Shown piece after piece: positions 36,477 to 49,703 of a stretch of 64,000 nt of DNA. Below the pieces are notes generated by a model. That model searched no databases and had not been told where the DNA came from. It saw only the letters and a list, made by a program, of their open reading frames with translations. Every line of letters starts with the position of its first letter. Position 1 is the stretch's first letter. Made by a program: the position numbers and the translations under genes. The stretch lies in sequence record OQ718158.1, one strand, 5' to 3'.

Positions 36477-36505
36477 TTGACACATGAAAATGGAGTATGT
36501 ATAAT
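36477..36505 (+). promoter_or_regulatory. Sigma70-type promoter
   Basis: TTGACA-N17-TATAAT. Confidence 0.85.
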
Positions 36506-36522
36506 ACTCCTATATTAATCAA

Positions 36523-38972
36523 ATGAGGATATACGAAATGGCTGGTGTTGATAAAATTTGTGAATTCAGTGGCGATTATGAAGGTTACGAAATGTACAAG
36601 TCCAAGCGTAATCACATTCAAGTTCTGTCAAAGTACCGTAAAGAATTCCGAGGACACAAAGCAACATTGTATGTTTTTGAGAATGGATATTCTGAAGTTT
36701 TCACAAGTGGTGGGTATAGTACAGCTAACATGGCACATATCAACCCAAACCCAACTGAAGATGATTGGAATAGTGGTAACGCTTTTCGTATTTCAATTTT
36801 GAATAAAATGAATCGTTACGACCGTTATTGTACATTCTTTGAAAATATTTCAGAATACAAGCAAGCATTAAAGAAATATAATCAACGCTTACTAATGAAT
36901 TATGATTACATTCTTCATGTTCCTACTGTTCCAGGTCAGGTTAATGGTCTGTATACGAACAGTACACATGATTTAACTGCGGTGAAGCGTCGCCTCAAAC
37001 GTATGTTGGGTTGTGGTAATTTAACAATCAAGGTTATGCGTAATGAATCAATGTATAACTTTTTAAATGTACTACACTACACATTGAAGGATAATAATGG
37101 AAACGATTAAGTTTATGTTTGAGGTGTTTGTTGCATTCATCTTATGTGCTGTATCTATTGCTATTGCTTTAATCCCAGTAATCGTTTACCAAGTTAATGG
37201 TGGTACAGACCCAACAGTTGATCTGTTTCTTCGTTGCGTGGGATTCTGCATATGGTTGGCGATGTTTATGTACTATATGCATCGTGAGGATTGATTATGT
37301 CATTGGAAAAAGTAATTATTTCTGAATTCCGAAAGTACATCATTGATTGTGATAGAGATACCCAGCGTAAGTTCAATGAGTATCTTGACAAATATCCATA
37401 TTTGATGTTTAATCCATTTGAAACTCAATCCGATGTTAATCTTGGATTTTACATTGGGTTTACACAACGAATTCTACAACAATATGAGATGAAACAGCCA
37501 GAGGTTTGGGTAGAAACTGATTCGAATGAGACGAATGTTTTTTATCTGTACTCTTATTATGCGGAAATTGTTAGTTCAATGACGCTAGAAGGGTATCTAT
37601 TCGTCAAAACATCTGATATTGAAAAAATATACATAGAACCTGTATCTTTGGATATGGTTGCCCAGCTTCCAACAGTTCAATATTTGGATGCAAATGAGTT
37701 GACATATTCGGTGTTTGAGTACCTTAACCGAGACGATTTAACTCAAGAAATTGAGAATATGGTTTCAAAATATACCACAACTCTTATATCTAATGGTTCA
37801 CTTAGAATAGAACTGATTTACGACGATACTAGTACTAATGCAGTACGAGGAACTCGAATTGGAAAAGTTACTATACGTGTTGTCCACAATGATGTAGTAC
37901 TTGGTTATATTTCGAAACGTGGTCATGACTTGTGTTTGATTAACACATATGTTATTGAACGAAAAGAATGGAACGATTTAATGCAAAAAATCGTAGACGG
38001 AAGTGGAATTCGTGATATAATGTGTAATGAGGTAGTGACAATGAATCCTGACATTGACTGTGATGTATATTTCCCAGTTCCTGGATTTACTCTACGTAAT
38101 TTTGGTACATTAAAGGGTACAAAATGAAAATTTTAGAAGTCTTACTTGAAAAGGATGCATCTGGTACACTTTATGTTGGTAATGAGTTTAGTCCTGATCC
38201 AATTGATATGATGCAGCGTATTCAAACACTGACCCAATCAATTTCAGTTAAACAACCTTTCCTAAAAGAATTGGAAATTCACTGCGATAAAGATATGGAA
38301 CAACATGATAATGTTATTTCTGATATCAAAAGTCTATTGACAAAGAATGGATATGTGGAATATAATCCTTCTATCGTAATCGTTATCCCTGACTTTATGA
38401 AAGGAACATTGTAATGACTAAAGAAGAAATGAAATCTCGCCTAAGCGAACTTAAGAAAGAACGAAAACTAGTCCGTTTGGACTGGGACATTCTTAACAAA
38501 AAAGATGAGCAATCATATGCTAACTGGAGTTCCGATAAAGTTCGCAATGACCGTTCCAAAGAAGACGCTAAACAGTTTATGGCATTGACCAAACGTTTAT
38601 CTTCACTGAATAGTGAAATTACAGGTCTTCAAAAGGAAATTATTTCAATTCTTCAAGTGGAGATCAACTCACTGTATGAATAAACATGAAGTGATTCATT
38701 TTGATGGTAAGATTTATGTACCAAACAATGATAGTACTGAATCTTATTATCTAATCAATGCAATTATGTCAGAAACACAAACATGTTGCCGTCAGCGTCC
38801 AGGTGAGTATGAGTTCAGTCAGACCATTGGTTATTATCGTTATACTGAACTTGATAAATTTACAATCGATTCTAAAAAAGTTATTGACGTTCTCACGAAG
38901 AACGGATATAATGAATCCGAATCAAACGAAACAGAGTTACCAGTCGTGAAATTTGTTCTAAAAAATAATTAA
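36523..38972 (+). other. Run of hypothetical CDSs (36523-37110, 37097-37294, 37291-38127, 38124-38414, 38414-38683, about 38676-38972)
   Basis: Coupled co-oriented ORFs, no recognised domain. Confidence 0.65.
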
Positions 38973-38977
38973 TTTTT

Positions 38978-39005
38978 GGGACAACGCTGAAAAGCATGAT
39001 ATAAT
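38978..39005 (+). promoter_or_regulatory. Class-II promoter GRRACA-N16-TAYAAT
   Basis: GGGACA-N13-TGA-TATAAT. Confidence 0.6.
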
Positions 39006-39089
39006 GTATATTATCGGCAGATGTAAAAATGCAAACCATTCCTCAATGATGAGGGTTTTTCATAAAAAAGAAATAAAAGGGTATTAAAA

Positions 39090-40348
39090 ATGGCTAAAGA
39101 AACTAACGCACAAGTACTAGATATCACCGACTTCGACCGCACTGTGAACTACATTCAGTTCCAGATTCATCAAGCTGAAGAAGCTCTCGCAGTATTCCAC
39201 GGTACTGGTGCAAGGCCAATCCGTTTTGCTCATCTAATTGCATGGAAGAAAAGTCTACAAGAAGAACTTTCTGAACTGCGTAAAGCAAACCGTAAGTAAT
39301 TGATTTCCCGCCTCATCAATGTTGATGGGGCTTTTTTAATAAAATACAAACTGAGGATATATTAATGAGTGTTGAATATTGGTTTTTGTTTATATGTCTT
39401 GGTACACTAGTACTGATTACATTGGGCTTAATCTTCAATACGGTAATCAGTGGTAGTAATTACTTCAAGTCCTTTCAACTTCTAATGTCAGCTATGCAGT
39501 ACAGTGACGAGGCAGAAGAAACCACTACGTTGATTTTGAATAAACTTGAAGCTAACTTACTGGTTGCTAAAATTTCTTCGTGTAATACAAATATTGTATT
39601 TTATGCATCACCCGTGGACATTAATGGGTACGAAATGAGTTACCAACCAGCCGTTGCTGAAATTTTTATTGGTTCTAAGTATTATGCATATGGATATATC
39701 CGAAAGTATTATACTGAAGCAAAAGCCGAGCTAACAAAGAAACGACCGTCAATTAAGACATTAAAGCGTATCATCGCACTAGAAAAGAAACTACGAGGTG
39801 ATGTGACAAAAAATGATTCACCCACTGTAGTAAATACAAAGAAAAAAAATAACGTAGTGGAGTTGGATTAATGGACGCAGATAAATCAAACAGTATTCTT
39901 ATTGATGTACAAACGAAGTTATTAGATGTTATGGAAATCATCAAAGATTTACCACAAGGATATCAGTTTAAAGTTCGTGAAATGTTATCTTGTGCAGAAA
40001 CGGTTGTGTCTATGTACAATGATGTGCAGCATGGAATTATCCCTGAAATTCTTCAAGATGGTCTAAATATTAACACAAAGATTCCAGCACAAGAGCCTGA
40101 AGAGGTTGTTCAGCCTGAACCAGAACCTCCTATACGTAAAGTACTGGATCTGTCTGGCATCAAAATTAACATCTAAAATACATTCAATAGGAGAAGTAAT
40201 GAGTAATCAAAAAATCGACTTAGTAGTAAAACTTCAAGAGATTCAAGCACTAGCTAAAGAACTTGATGAAAAACGTGCAGCAGCAGTTGATTCACTGTGT
40301 GCAACAATTCTGACTGTTTTTGCAGATTACGAAAAGAAATCTGATTAA
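39090..40348 (+). other. Hypothetical CDSs (39090-39299, 39365-39871 TM-anchored, 39871-40176, about 40199-40348)
   Basis: ORF track plus RBS motifs. Confidence 0.65.
39310..39337 (+). terminator. Rho-independent terminator
   Basis: GCCTCATCAA-TG-TTGATGGGGC-T6. Confidence 0.8.
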
Positions 40349-40358
40349 ACATTACTTT

Positions 40359-40387
40359 ATACCCAGTCTAGTACTGGGTATTTTTTT
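40359..40387 (+). terminator. Rho-independent terminator containing AGTACT
   Basis: ATACCCAGT-CTAGT-ACTGGGTAT plus T-run. Confidence 0.8.
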
Positions 40388-40398
40388 AAGGAAATAAA

Positions 40399-40791
40399 AT
40401 GACTGAATCAGAACTACATGAAATGATAGATTTCATTTATGAAATGATACAAGATAAAAATAACATCAATACAATTATTTCTGGTCCAAGACAAATTGGT
40501 AATCAAATGACATATTCTTTATCTTTATGGATAAAACAGAACTACAAAGTTGATTGTTTGTATTTCCGTCCTGATATTGATGCTTATTATTTTGTCAATC
40601 ATGATGCATTAATGAAACCAAATAAGCGTCCAGTTGATGATACCTTTGTGACACACCCATTTTACCTGGCTGATTCCGAAGAAGATGAGTTTCAAAAGAA
40701 CACAACGTTAAGCCCAGGTGAAATTTGCATCCCTTACACACTAAAAGATAAAATGATTTACATCACAGAAGTTATGAAAACATGCTGGTAA
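40399..40791 (+). CDS. EExxFQxSTVxD paralog family member 11
   Basis: SEEDEFQKNTTLS. Confidence 0.6.
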   Translation: MTESELHEMIDFIYEMIQDKNNINTIISGPRQIGNQMTYSLSLWIKQNYKVDCLYFRPDIDAYYFVNHDALMKPNKRPVDDTFVTHPFYLADSEEDEFQKNTTLSPGEICIPYTLKDKMIYITEVMKTCW

Positions 40792-41059
40792 GTGCAATGA
40801 AACTCTGATATAATACAAATAATGATAATAGGAGGATATATGAAATTTATTAATTTTGATATTTCTAAGGTCAAAGAATTATTTGTAAGAAATGCAGTTT
40901 ATGATATCATGTTACATAACGGTACTGTACAAGAAGATGTTGTATTGTTTTCGTTTGATGGTGAAAATCTCGAAACTATATATAAATTCAGCAACTTAGA
41001 TGGTGACTTTTGGGAAACCAGTGCTGTTAAAATGTATAGAATTAAAAAGGAGCAGTAAT

Positions 41060-41548
41060 ATGCCAATTCGTGGTGTACCAGAACCATTAATGGAAGTTAT
41101 TAAGCATGTTCGCATTGGAGATCGAGAAGTTAATCTTCGCCGTAATAACATTTTTTACTTTAAAACTTCAGAAATGAGTTCTGTACAGATTGTCATTGGT
41201 ACATCTATTAAGATTACTCGTGTACTTGATGGTAGTACTGACTTCGTTGAATATAATGTACTTACTAATAAAGTAACGCATATATATAAATGGAGTGGGT
41301 ATAAAACTATTAAGTATGAATTTGACTTAGCTAGAACTGAAGAAGAACGATTTATGCTGAGTACTATCAATCCAGCAAACTATCCTGACCTTGATGCATT
41401 TTTGCTAATTTTAAAATTGTATAATGAAGCAAATCAGAAAGCCAAAGATTATGATAGAATCATGTATGAACGCCGAAAAGAACGTGCACAAAAAAGTTAT
41501 GATCTGTATGATAGCCCATACGTGAAATATAGTAAGGGGTCGAAATGA
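41060..41548 (+). CDS. EExxFQxSTVxD paralog family member 12
   Basis: TEEERFMLSTINPA. Confidence 0.65.
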   Translation: MPIRGVPEPLMEVIKHVRIGDREVNLRRNNIFYFKTSEMSSVQIVIGTSIKITRVLDGSTDFVEYNVLTNKVTHIYKWSGYKTIKYEFDLARTEEERFMLSTINPANYPDLDAFLLILKLYNEANQKAKDYDRIMYERRKERAQKSYDLYDSPYVKYSKGSK

Positions 41549-41949
41549 ATAAAGAAGTTCAAATTATCATAACTCCACCTATACAAAGTCTGGATGTATC
41601 CATTAGTGATTTTTTGGAAAAATACTATGAATGGTTTAATGAAGATTCAGTAATTTATAACCATTCATTACCTGATGGTTTCGTTGAGCTTATTGAATTA
41701 AATGCCAAATCACTATACTTCTGTGTTGAATACAATGATTATATGACAGATGAAGCATATCGTTTTCGTTGTACATTGTATCCTAACCATTTTTCCATTG
41801 GTTATAAAGACTATCAGTACTGCACCACAAACTATAGTGTAGAGGAAGAATTTCAGTACAATTTACTTTATCCTGATTTGGATTATACGATTGCAGTACT
41901 GTTGACTAAAATCATGGATTTTTATAAAGATAAATATAATGCAGCCTAA
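41545..41949 (+). CDS. EExxFQxSTVxD paralog family member 13
   Basis: VEEEFQYNLLYPDL. Confidence 0.6.
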   Translation: MNKEVQIIITPPIQSLDVSISDFLEKYYEWFNEDSVIYNHSLPDGFVELIELNAKSLYFCVEYNDYMTDEAYRFRCTLYPNHFSIGYKDYQYCTTNYSVEEEFQYNLLYPDLDYTIAVLLTKIMDFYKDKYNAA

Positions 41950-42124
41950 GACATTTGATGAGTGGTTTAATCTACACTATAATATAAATGCAGCAGATAT
42001 ATACTATTTTAAGCTTGAATTGTATATATCATTGCGTAACCCAATTGAGTACTATAACAACATTATCAATTGTGATGATTTTGGTACATATTTTAGTATA
42101 GCAGTCATGGACAAAATAAGATGA
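41939..42124 (+). CDS. Microprotein, divergent MTxxEW-family member
   Basis: MQPKTFDEWFNLHYN..., 61 aa, ATGA-coupled to the next ORF. Confidence 0.5.
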   Translation: MQPKTFDEWFNLHYNINAADIYYFKLELYISLRNPIEYYNNIINCDDFGTYFSIAVMDKIR

Positions 42125-42291
42125 CACACAAAGAATGGTTAGATGAACTAAAATTTAAACATAATCCTTTTGGTTTTGGTATACGCCAAGGTCATTATGA
42201 TGTGTTAAAAGATAAACAACTTTTCAAATCATTTGTACTTGATGAGGATAGTAATCACTGGTACATCTATGAGCTTGCAATTAGGAAATAG
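42121..42291 (+). CDS. 56-aa MTHKEW microprotein (not in ORF track)
   Basis: Manual translation MTHKEWLDELKFKHNPFGFGIRQGHYDVLKDKQLFKSFVLDEDSNHWYIYELAIRK. Confidence 0.65.
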   Translation: MTHKEWLDELKFKHNPFGFGIRQGHYDVLKDKQLFKSFVLDEDSNHWYIYELAIRK

Positions 42292-42482
42292 AAGATATAG
42301 TATGAGAGTAATTATTAATCCTACAAAAAGTTTTATGTCATCAGTGTACGGTGCTGATGATATTATCCGCATGTTACCACGTATTGGAATTGATGGAATT
42401 GAAGTGAGAAAATACGGTGATTTATATTATGTGGTAGATTCCAATGGTAAAAGGATCAGTGATAGCTTATTCTTCAGTACTA

Positions 42483-42651
<169 letters not shown>

Positions 42652-42664
42652 CGAGGAATCCAAA

Positions 42665-43379
42665 GTGACTAAAGCAGAACTTGTAGCATTATTGGAATCA
42701 TATCCCGATGATGCATGTATTGAAGTTGTTCATAGTGCGAGACATTTTGACATTGAAGATGTAGTACGTTATAATGATAAAGGTGTACTCATCATGGAAC
42801 TATGTATTGGTGAAATGAAAACTGTACCCGAATCAGAAAAACGTAAAAATAGTAAACCGTAAGGAAAATAAAATGGAATCTACTCTATTAGAAGTTATTA
42901 ACTCATTAAACGCTGGCGACAATGTTCAAGTACTCCTACAGGGATACCGTGTAAAAGGTTCAGTAGTTTTAGTTAATGACACCACTGTTGTTGTAACTGA
43001 AACTAACCCGTTTGACAGTAATGAACTTGCTAATATCCATATTGATATTAAAAGTATTATTGGTGTTGGTGTAACTAAACCACAAGAATAACAATTGTTA
43101 TTGGGGATTACTATGCATTTTGAAAAATTCAATACAAATCGTAACACACGCATTGACGTTCTTTATGAAACACAAGACTCAATAAGCATTCGTACACGTA
43201 GTGGTGATGTATATCATGACTGTACTATTGGTTGGGAACAGGGAAGAACACGTAGTGCAGAATTCGATAACTATCGCTTCTACCAAGGGGACACCACAAT
43301 CTGGCCTGAAGACGTAGAAGATATTGCGTTTGAAGATGAACATAAAGATGAATTTATAAAATTTAATCCCGAATCATAA
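42665..43379 (+). other. Three small hypothetical CDSs (42665-42862, 42873-43091, 43113-43379)
   Basis: GAGGA/AAGGA/GGGGA RBS motifs. Confidence 0.65.
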
Positions 43380-43384
43380 ATATT

Positions 43385-43512
<128 letters not shown>

Positions 43513-43516
43513 AAAT

Positions 43517-43602
<86 letters not shown>

Positions 43603-43619
43603 CAATTAAAGGTTAAACC

Positions 43620-43780
<161 letters not shown>

Positions 43781-43784
<4 letters not shown>

Positions 43785-43941
43785 CACATGAAGAATGGAT
43801 GAATGACATTAATTTTAGATATTCGGGTATCGGTAAATGGCTAAAGTATCATTGGGAATTCATTTCAGAGCCACATCTGTATGATAAACTTATCAACGAT
43901 CCAGCATATGAAATGTACTTAATTGAACTACTGGTACGAAT

Positions 43942-43945
<4 letters not shown>
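43781..43945 (+). CDS. 54-aa MTHEEW microprotein, array unit 2
   Basis: MTHEEWMNDINFRYSGIGKWLKYHWEFISEPHLYDKLINDPAYEMYLIELLVRI; ATGA-coupled. Confidence 0.75.
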
Positions 43946-44113
<168 letters not shown>

Positions 44114-44114
44114 G

Positions 44115-44535
<421 letters not shown>

Positions 44536-44540
<5 letters not shown>

Positions 44541-44565
44541 CTAAATAGTTCAGTACTGATATAAT
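44536..44565 (+). promoter_or_regulatory. Repeated promoter cassette copy 2, drives the ncRNA
   Basis: CTTGACTAAATAGTTCAGTACTG-A-TATAAT. Confidence 0.9.
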
Positions 44566-44571
44566 GAATTC

Positions 44572-44912
44572 CACAATCAGACGTATATGGTGTAAGTTAC
44601 GTCGATGTAATCCAGAACAAGATCTCTGGTACTCTAGGAAGTGGTGAATGTTAACCTAGACGGGTTTGATAATTGGACGATAGGCAATTATTACTTGACT
44701 AGCAGGTTTAAACTAGAGGTGACAGTCCTTTACCAAACTGGAAAACCGGATGGACTTTTATTTAAAAGGGTAAGGCGTGGAAATATGTTTACAGTAGTTG
44801 CTTTTAGTAGCCTGTACGCCCCACGTCAAGGTAGCCGAAAGGCAAGTTAAAACGGGTGGTTATAAAGCTGAATTAACAGCGGCGTTTAAAAGCGTCACCA
44901 TCCATTTTTTTT
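44572..44912 (+). ncRNA. About 340-nt highly structured ncRNA of unrecognised family
   Basis: Own promoter; GC-richer than flanks; helices GACGTA/TACGTC, CCAGA/TCTGG, CTAGG/CCTAG, GATAATTG/CAATTATT, GGCGTGG/CCACGTC, GCC-GAAA-GGC, GGGTGGT/ACCATCC followed by T8. Confidence 0.75.
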
Positions 44913-44928
44913 AATTAAAGTTGGTGAT

Positions 44929-45570
<642 letters not shown>

Positions 45571-45572
45571 AA

Positions 45573-45730
<158 letters not shown>

Positions 45731-45755
45731 CAAAAAAAAACAATGAGAGGTATAA

Positions 45756-46508
<753 letters not shown>

Positions 46509-46510
46509 AA

Positions 46511-46539
46511 TTGACATATCATTGGATGAGGTGTAATAT
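46511..46539 (+). promoter_or_regulatory. Sigma70-type promoter
   Basis: TTGACA-N17-TAATAT. Confidence 0.65.
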
Positions 46540-46582
46540 GGTTCAAGAAGAAAACTGGGGTTTTTAACACAAAGAGGCCAAT

Positions 46583-46629
<47 letters not shown>

Positions 46630-46654
46630 TGCTGCACCTATGCCTACTCTTGGC

Positions 46655-46725
<71 letters not shown>

Positions 46726-46726
46726 A

Positions 46727-46766
<40 letters not shown>

Positions 46767-46769
46767 TCA

Positions 46770-46841
46770 GGTCGATTAGTTAAAAGAGTATAACACGGAC
46801 CTTGTAAGTCTGAATAATCAGTGCAATTCTGATATTGACCT
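46770..46841 (+). tRNA. tRNA-Thr(TGT), no encoded CCA
   Basis: GGTCGAT/ATTGACC, D arm GTTA/TAAC, CGGAC-CTTGTAA-GTCTG, ATCAG-TGCAATT-CTGAT; ends T-CAA. Confidence 0.8.
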
Positions 46842-46882
46842 CAAAAATGATATTTTTCTTACATATAAATACTCCATAATAT

Positions 46883-47290
46883 ATGGAGAACTATATGAAA
46901 GAAAAACGTTATTGTACATGTTGTAAAATTGAATTGGTTCGAAAGGGCCAAACAAAATATTGTAGTGTTGCATGTCAACAAGAGCTACAATATCAACAGA
47001 AAGTTGATAAATGGCTTAACGGTGAACATCCTGGATATAAAGGTATTACCATACAGTTATGTCCATTTGTGAGAAGATATCTACATGAAACACGCGGAAC
47101 TGCATGTGAAGAATGTGGATGGGATAAACGTCATCCAATAGATGGTGCAGTACTGACAGAAGTTGAGCACATTGATGGTGATGCTACAAATAATGACCTA
47201 CCAAATTTAAAAATCCTTTGCCCTAATTGTCATTCGATGACACCAACATTCAGAGCAAGGAACAAGAACTCCGCAAGGAATCGTAAATAA
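46883..47290 (+). CDS. HNH endonuclease (tRNA-adjacent, homing-type); start may be 46895
   Basis: CTCC..YCSVACQ zinc motif; CEECGW..EVEHIDGDATNNDLPNLKILCPNCHS. Confidence 0.9.
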   Translation: MENYMKEKRYCTCCKIELVRKGQTKYCSVACQQELQYQQKVDKWLNGEHPGYKGITIQLCPFVRRYLHETRGTACEECGWDKRHPIDGAVLTEVEHIDGDATNNDLPNLKILCPNCHSMTPTFRARNKNSARNRK

Positions 47291-47306
47291 TTTTTTAAGG
47301 TACAAT

Positions 47307-47726
47307 ATGACATACAACATTGTTAAAATGGTGAACTACGTATTAAAAAACAACGCATGGTCACTGCATGATGTACAATTAGAAGATATTGGTGAAGTTA
47401 GAGTTTTTTGCTATGATGACGATTTGAACGAAACCACAGATTTGAGTAAATGTTTTAATATTTTTCTTGGTTATGAAATCGATAATCATTTTTATTCATT
47501 TGATGTGTATGTTGAACGAGTTAAAATCAGAATTTCTAATGTAAATAGTGATTATTTTGACACTATTATGATTGAATTGAATTTTGACGATATTGATACT
47601 GAAGAAAAATTCTTTCAGTACTGTCTCGTAAACGATCTAAATGGATTGACATTTGAGGACATTAAAGCTATACTTATAGTTCAAAGATTAATTCCAGAAG
47701 AGGTTATAAATCCCTTTAATGACTAG
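47307..47726 (+). CDS. EExxFQxSTVxD paralog family member 16
   Basis: TEEKFFQYCLVNDL. Confidence 0.7.
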   Translation: MTYNIVKMVNYVLKNNAWSLHDVQLEDIGEVRVFCYDDDLNETTDLSKCFNIFLGYEIDNHFYSFDVYVERVKIRISNVNSDYFDTIMIELNFDDIDTEEKFFQYCLVNDLNGLTFEDIKAILIVQRLIPEEVINPFND

Positions 47727-48078
47727 TTTAATAACTCGTATAATGCAAGATGTTCGTAAGAATCTTCATACTGGTAATTTTGATGATCCTAACATAAAAA
47801 TATTATGTTATGATGTATTCACACTGGTACACCCATCTGAATCTAATAATATATACATAGCATATACTTCTCCTAATATTTTGTATCAATTTGACTTATA
47901 TAGTACAATGGCTAAGATAACATTAGATGTTTCTAAGGAGCCATTTTTTATAGCAGTACGTGATTTTGAGTACACAGAAGAGTCATTATTCCAGTACTCA
48001 ATGATAAATGACATTGGTGACTTGACATTAGAAGAGATAAATGTTATAGTTGGTATGTGTCGTTTGATTAATCCATAA
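47719..48078 (+). CDS. EExxFQxSTVxD paralog family member 17
   Basis: TEESLFQYSMINDI. Confidence 0.7.
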   Translation: MTSLITRIMQDVRKNLHTGNFDDPNIKILCYDVFTLVHPSESNNIYIAYTSPNILYQFDLYSTMAKITLDVSKEPFFIAVRDFEYTEESLFQYSMINDIGDLTLEEINVIVGMCRLINP

Positions 48079-48091
48079 CTCGGAGCTTAAT

Positions 48092-48567
48092 ATGTTTTTG
48101 AATTTGTTATGCTTATTTGGTCGTACATTGGTTCTTGCTATTATTCATACACCTGGTATTCGTAATTATGTTTCTTATGAATTTAAGAAAAATTACCACA
48201 ACAATACTGAAGTTCGTGCAACTAAGATGTGCAAAGACTTCAATGGAGATGTTCCACCATTCAAGAAGTACGAGGATGAATAATGGAATTTATTGTTGCA
48301 CCTGATGAACTAAAAACATTCACGTTCCGAGACAATAACAATTATCCTTATACAAATCATTCATTGAATTCATTGCATGTTATTTCAATCATTGCATCTG
48401 AATACAGAGACAATCCATGTATTGATTTTAAAACCACTGATGGTGAATATACATGGGTAGTTCCGAACGATAAATACAGTTATCAGGGTGCAGTAGAGAT
48501 CCGCGACTCGATTCTAAAGCAAATCGAAGATGGACATACTCATCCTAAACTAAACATTCAGTACTGA
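48092..48567 (+). other. Two small hypothetical CDSs (48092-48283, 48283-48567)
   Basis: GGAG RBS; coupled. Confidence 0.55.
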
Positions 48568-48580
48568 AATCGTTTAACCG

Positions 48581-48716
48581 GATAGCTTCTAGTCGGTACT
48601 GAATTCCTCCTTTTGTCTAGAAGCTATCACTCTTTTAAAGTATAATGATATCACCCTCATGGTTCATTATATTCGTTACCCTCTAACAGTATCTTTTTAT
48701 TCCTCTTTGATACTGT
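48581..48716. ncRNA. Three-hairpin candidate sRNA with CCTCC-type loops (GGA loops on the minus strand)
   Basis: GATAGCTTCTAG/CTAGAAGCTATC, TATAATGA/TCATTATA, ACAGTATC/GATACTGT; loops TTCCTCCTT, CACCCTCA, TTCCTCTTT. Confidence 0.55.
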
Positions 48717-48726
48717 ATTTTAGAAG

Positions 48727-48756
48727 TTGACATTTTTACTTCTACTGTGTTATACT
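48727..48756 (+). promoter_or_regulatory. Sigma70-type promoter
   Basis: TTGACA-N18-TATACT. Confidence 0.7.
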
Positions 48757-48806
48757 TAAGGCTGATTCATTATGAATCGGCCTTTTTTCTTGTGGGGATT
48801 AATGTA

Positions 48807-49223
48807 ATGAATAAAGAAGTTATTAGTTTAATGGATGAGTATATCAACCAAACATATCGTTTTATATTTTTTAATGCATTTGAGTCCAGGACAACGTATC
48901 ATTCTGGTGAATATGAGATAATAACTGGATCATTTCTTAACGGATACATGGAGTTTTTAGAACAAAGCGATAATGTTTTCATTTCCATATCTGAAAAACA
49001 TGGTGATGATTATGTTATTGATGTATGGCCTAATAAAGTAGAGATTGACACTACAAAGAAAATTGTAATTGATGTGGACGAATCATTGTATGATTTAACT
49101 GAAGATATGTATATGCAACTAAATTTCGTATACGATCTAACTAACATAAGTTATTCTAATCTAAGTAAATTATTTTATATTTGTGGTGTACTACATAAAA
49201 ACGTACAACAAAATAAAGGATAA
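48807..49223 (+). CDS. EExxFQxSTVxD paralog family member 18 (divergent)
   Basis: TEDMYMQLNFVYDL. Confidence 0.6.
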   Translation: MNKEVISLMDEYINQTYRFIFFNAFESRTTYHSGEYEIITGSFLNGYMEFLEQSDNVFISISEKHGDDYVIDVWPNKVEIDTTKKIVIDVDESLYDLTEDMYMQLNFVYDLTNISYSNLSKLFYICGVLHKNVQQNKG

Positions 49224-49295
49224 ACATTTAAATGTTGACAATTGACAACATAAATGGTATCTTTGAAATTGCCAGAAACCTACGAGGAATATGAT

Positions 49296-49703
49296 ATGGT
49301 CAAAATTTTAAGTGACAATGCGGTTGATATTGTCATTGATGTACTTGAAAACAGTAATACATTTGAGAAGAAACACAGTACTGTATACTTCGGTAAAGAT
49401 TGTTGGCTGAACTATACATCTGATAGTTCATTTATAATTCGTGTTGAGAAGGGTGATATTGGATTAACGATACATGCTTCCTATACTAAAACAATCACTG
49501 TTATTGCCAACAAGCCAAGTACTTCTGATTTCTGGGATAGAATTGATGATTGTGACCATTTCATGTCAACATTCTATAAAACAGAAGAAGAACATTTCAT
49601 GGATAGTACTGTCAAAGAATTAGCTATTCCATTTAAACTTATGAAAGCAGCAAGAGATTTTATTTTAAAATACAAAAAAATAGGAGTTGATGATGCAATT
49701 TAA
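49296..49703 (+). CDS. EExxFQxSTVxD paralog family member 19
   Basis: TEEEHFMDSTVKEL; GAGGA RBS before ATG 49296. Confidence 0.7.
   Translation: MVKILSDNAVDIVIDVLENSNTFEKKHSTVYFGKDCWLNYTSDSSFIIRVEKGDIGLTIHASYTKTITVIANKPSTSDFWDRIDDCDHFMSTFYKTEEEHFMDSTVKELAIPFKLMKAARDFILKYKKIGVDDAI

Noticed and set aside
39025-39060. c-di-GMP-I riboswitch (GCAAACCATTC string)
   Set aside because: Lacks the GNRA-capped P2, the tetraloop receptor and P3; only a simple hairpin follows.
44641-44850. 69-aa ORF in the ORF track
   Set aside because: GTG start without a clear RBS, lying within a densely base-paired region; better explained as ncRNA.
44572-44912. tmRNA, RNase P RNA, SRP RNA or group I/II intron identity
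   Set aside because: No tRNA-like TTCGA/CCA end, no GAGGAAAGTCC, no SRP helix-8 AGCAG, no group I R/S motifs or group II domain V; not inside a gene.
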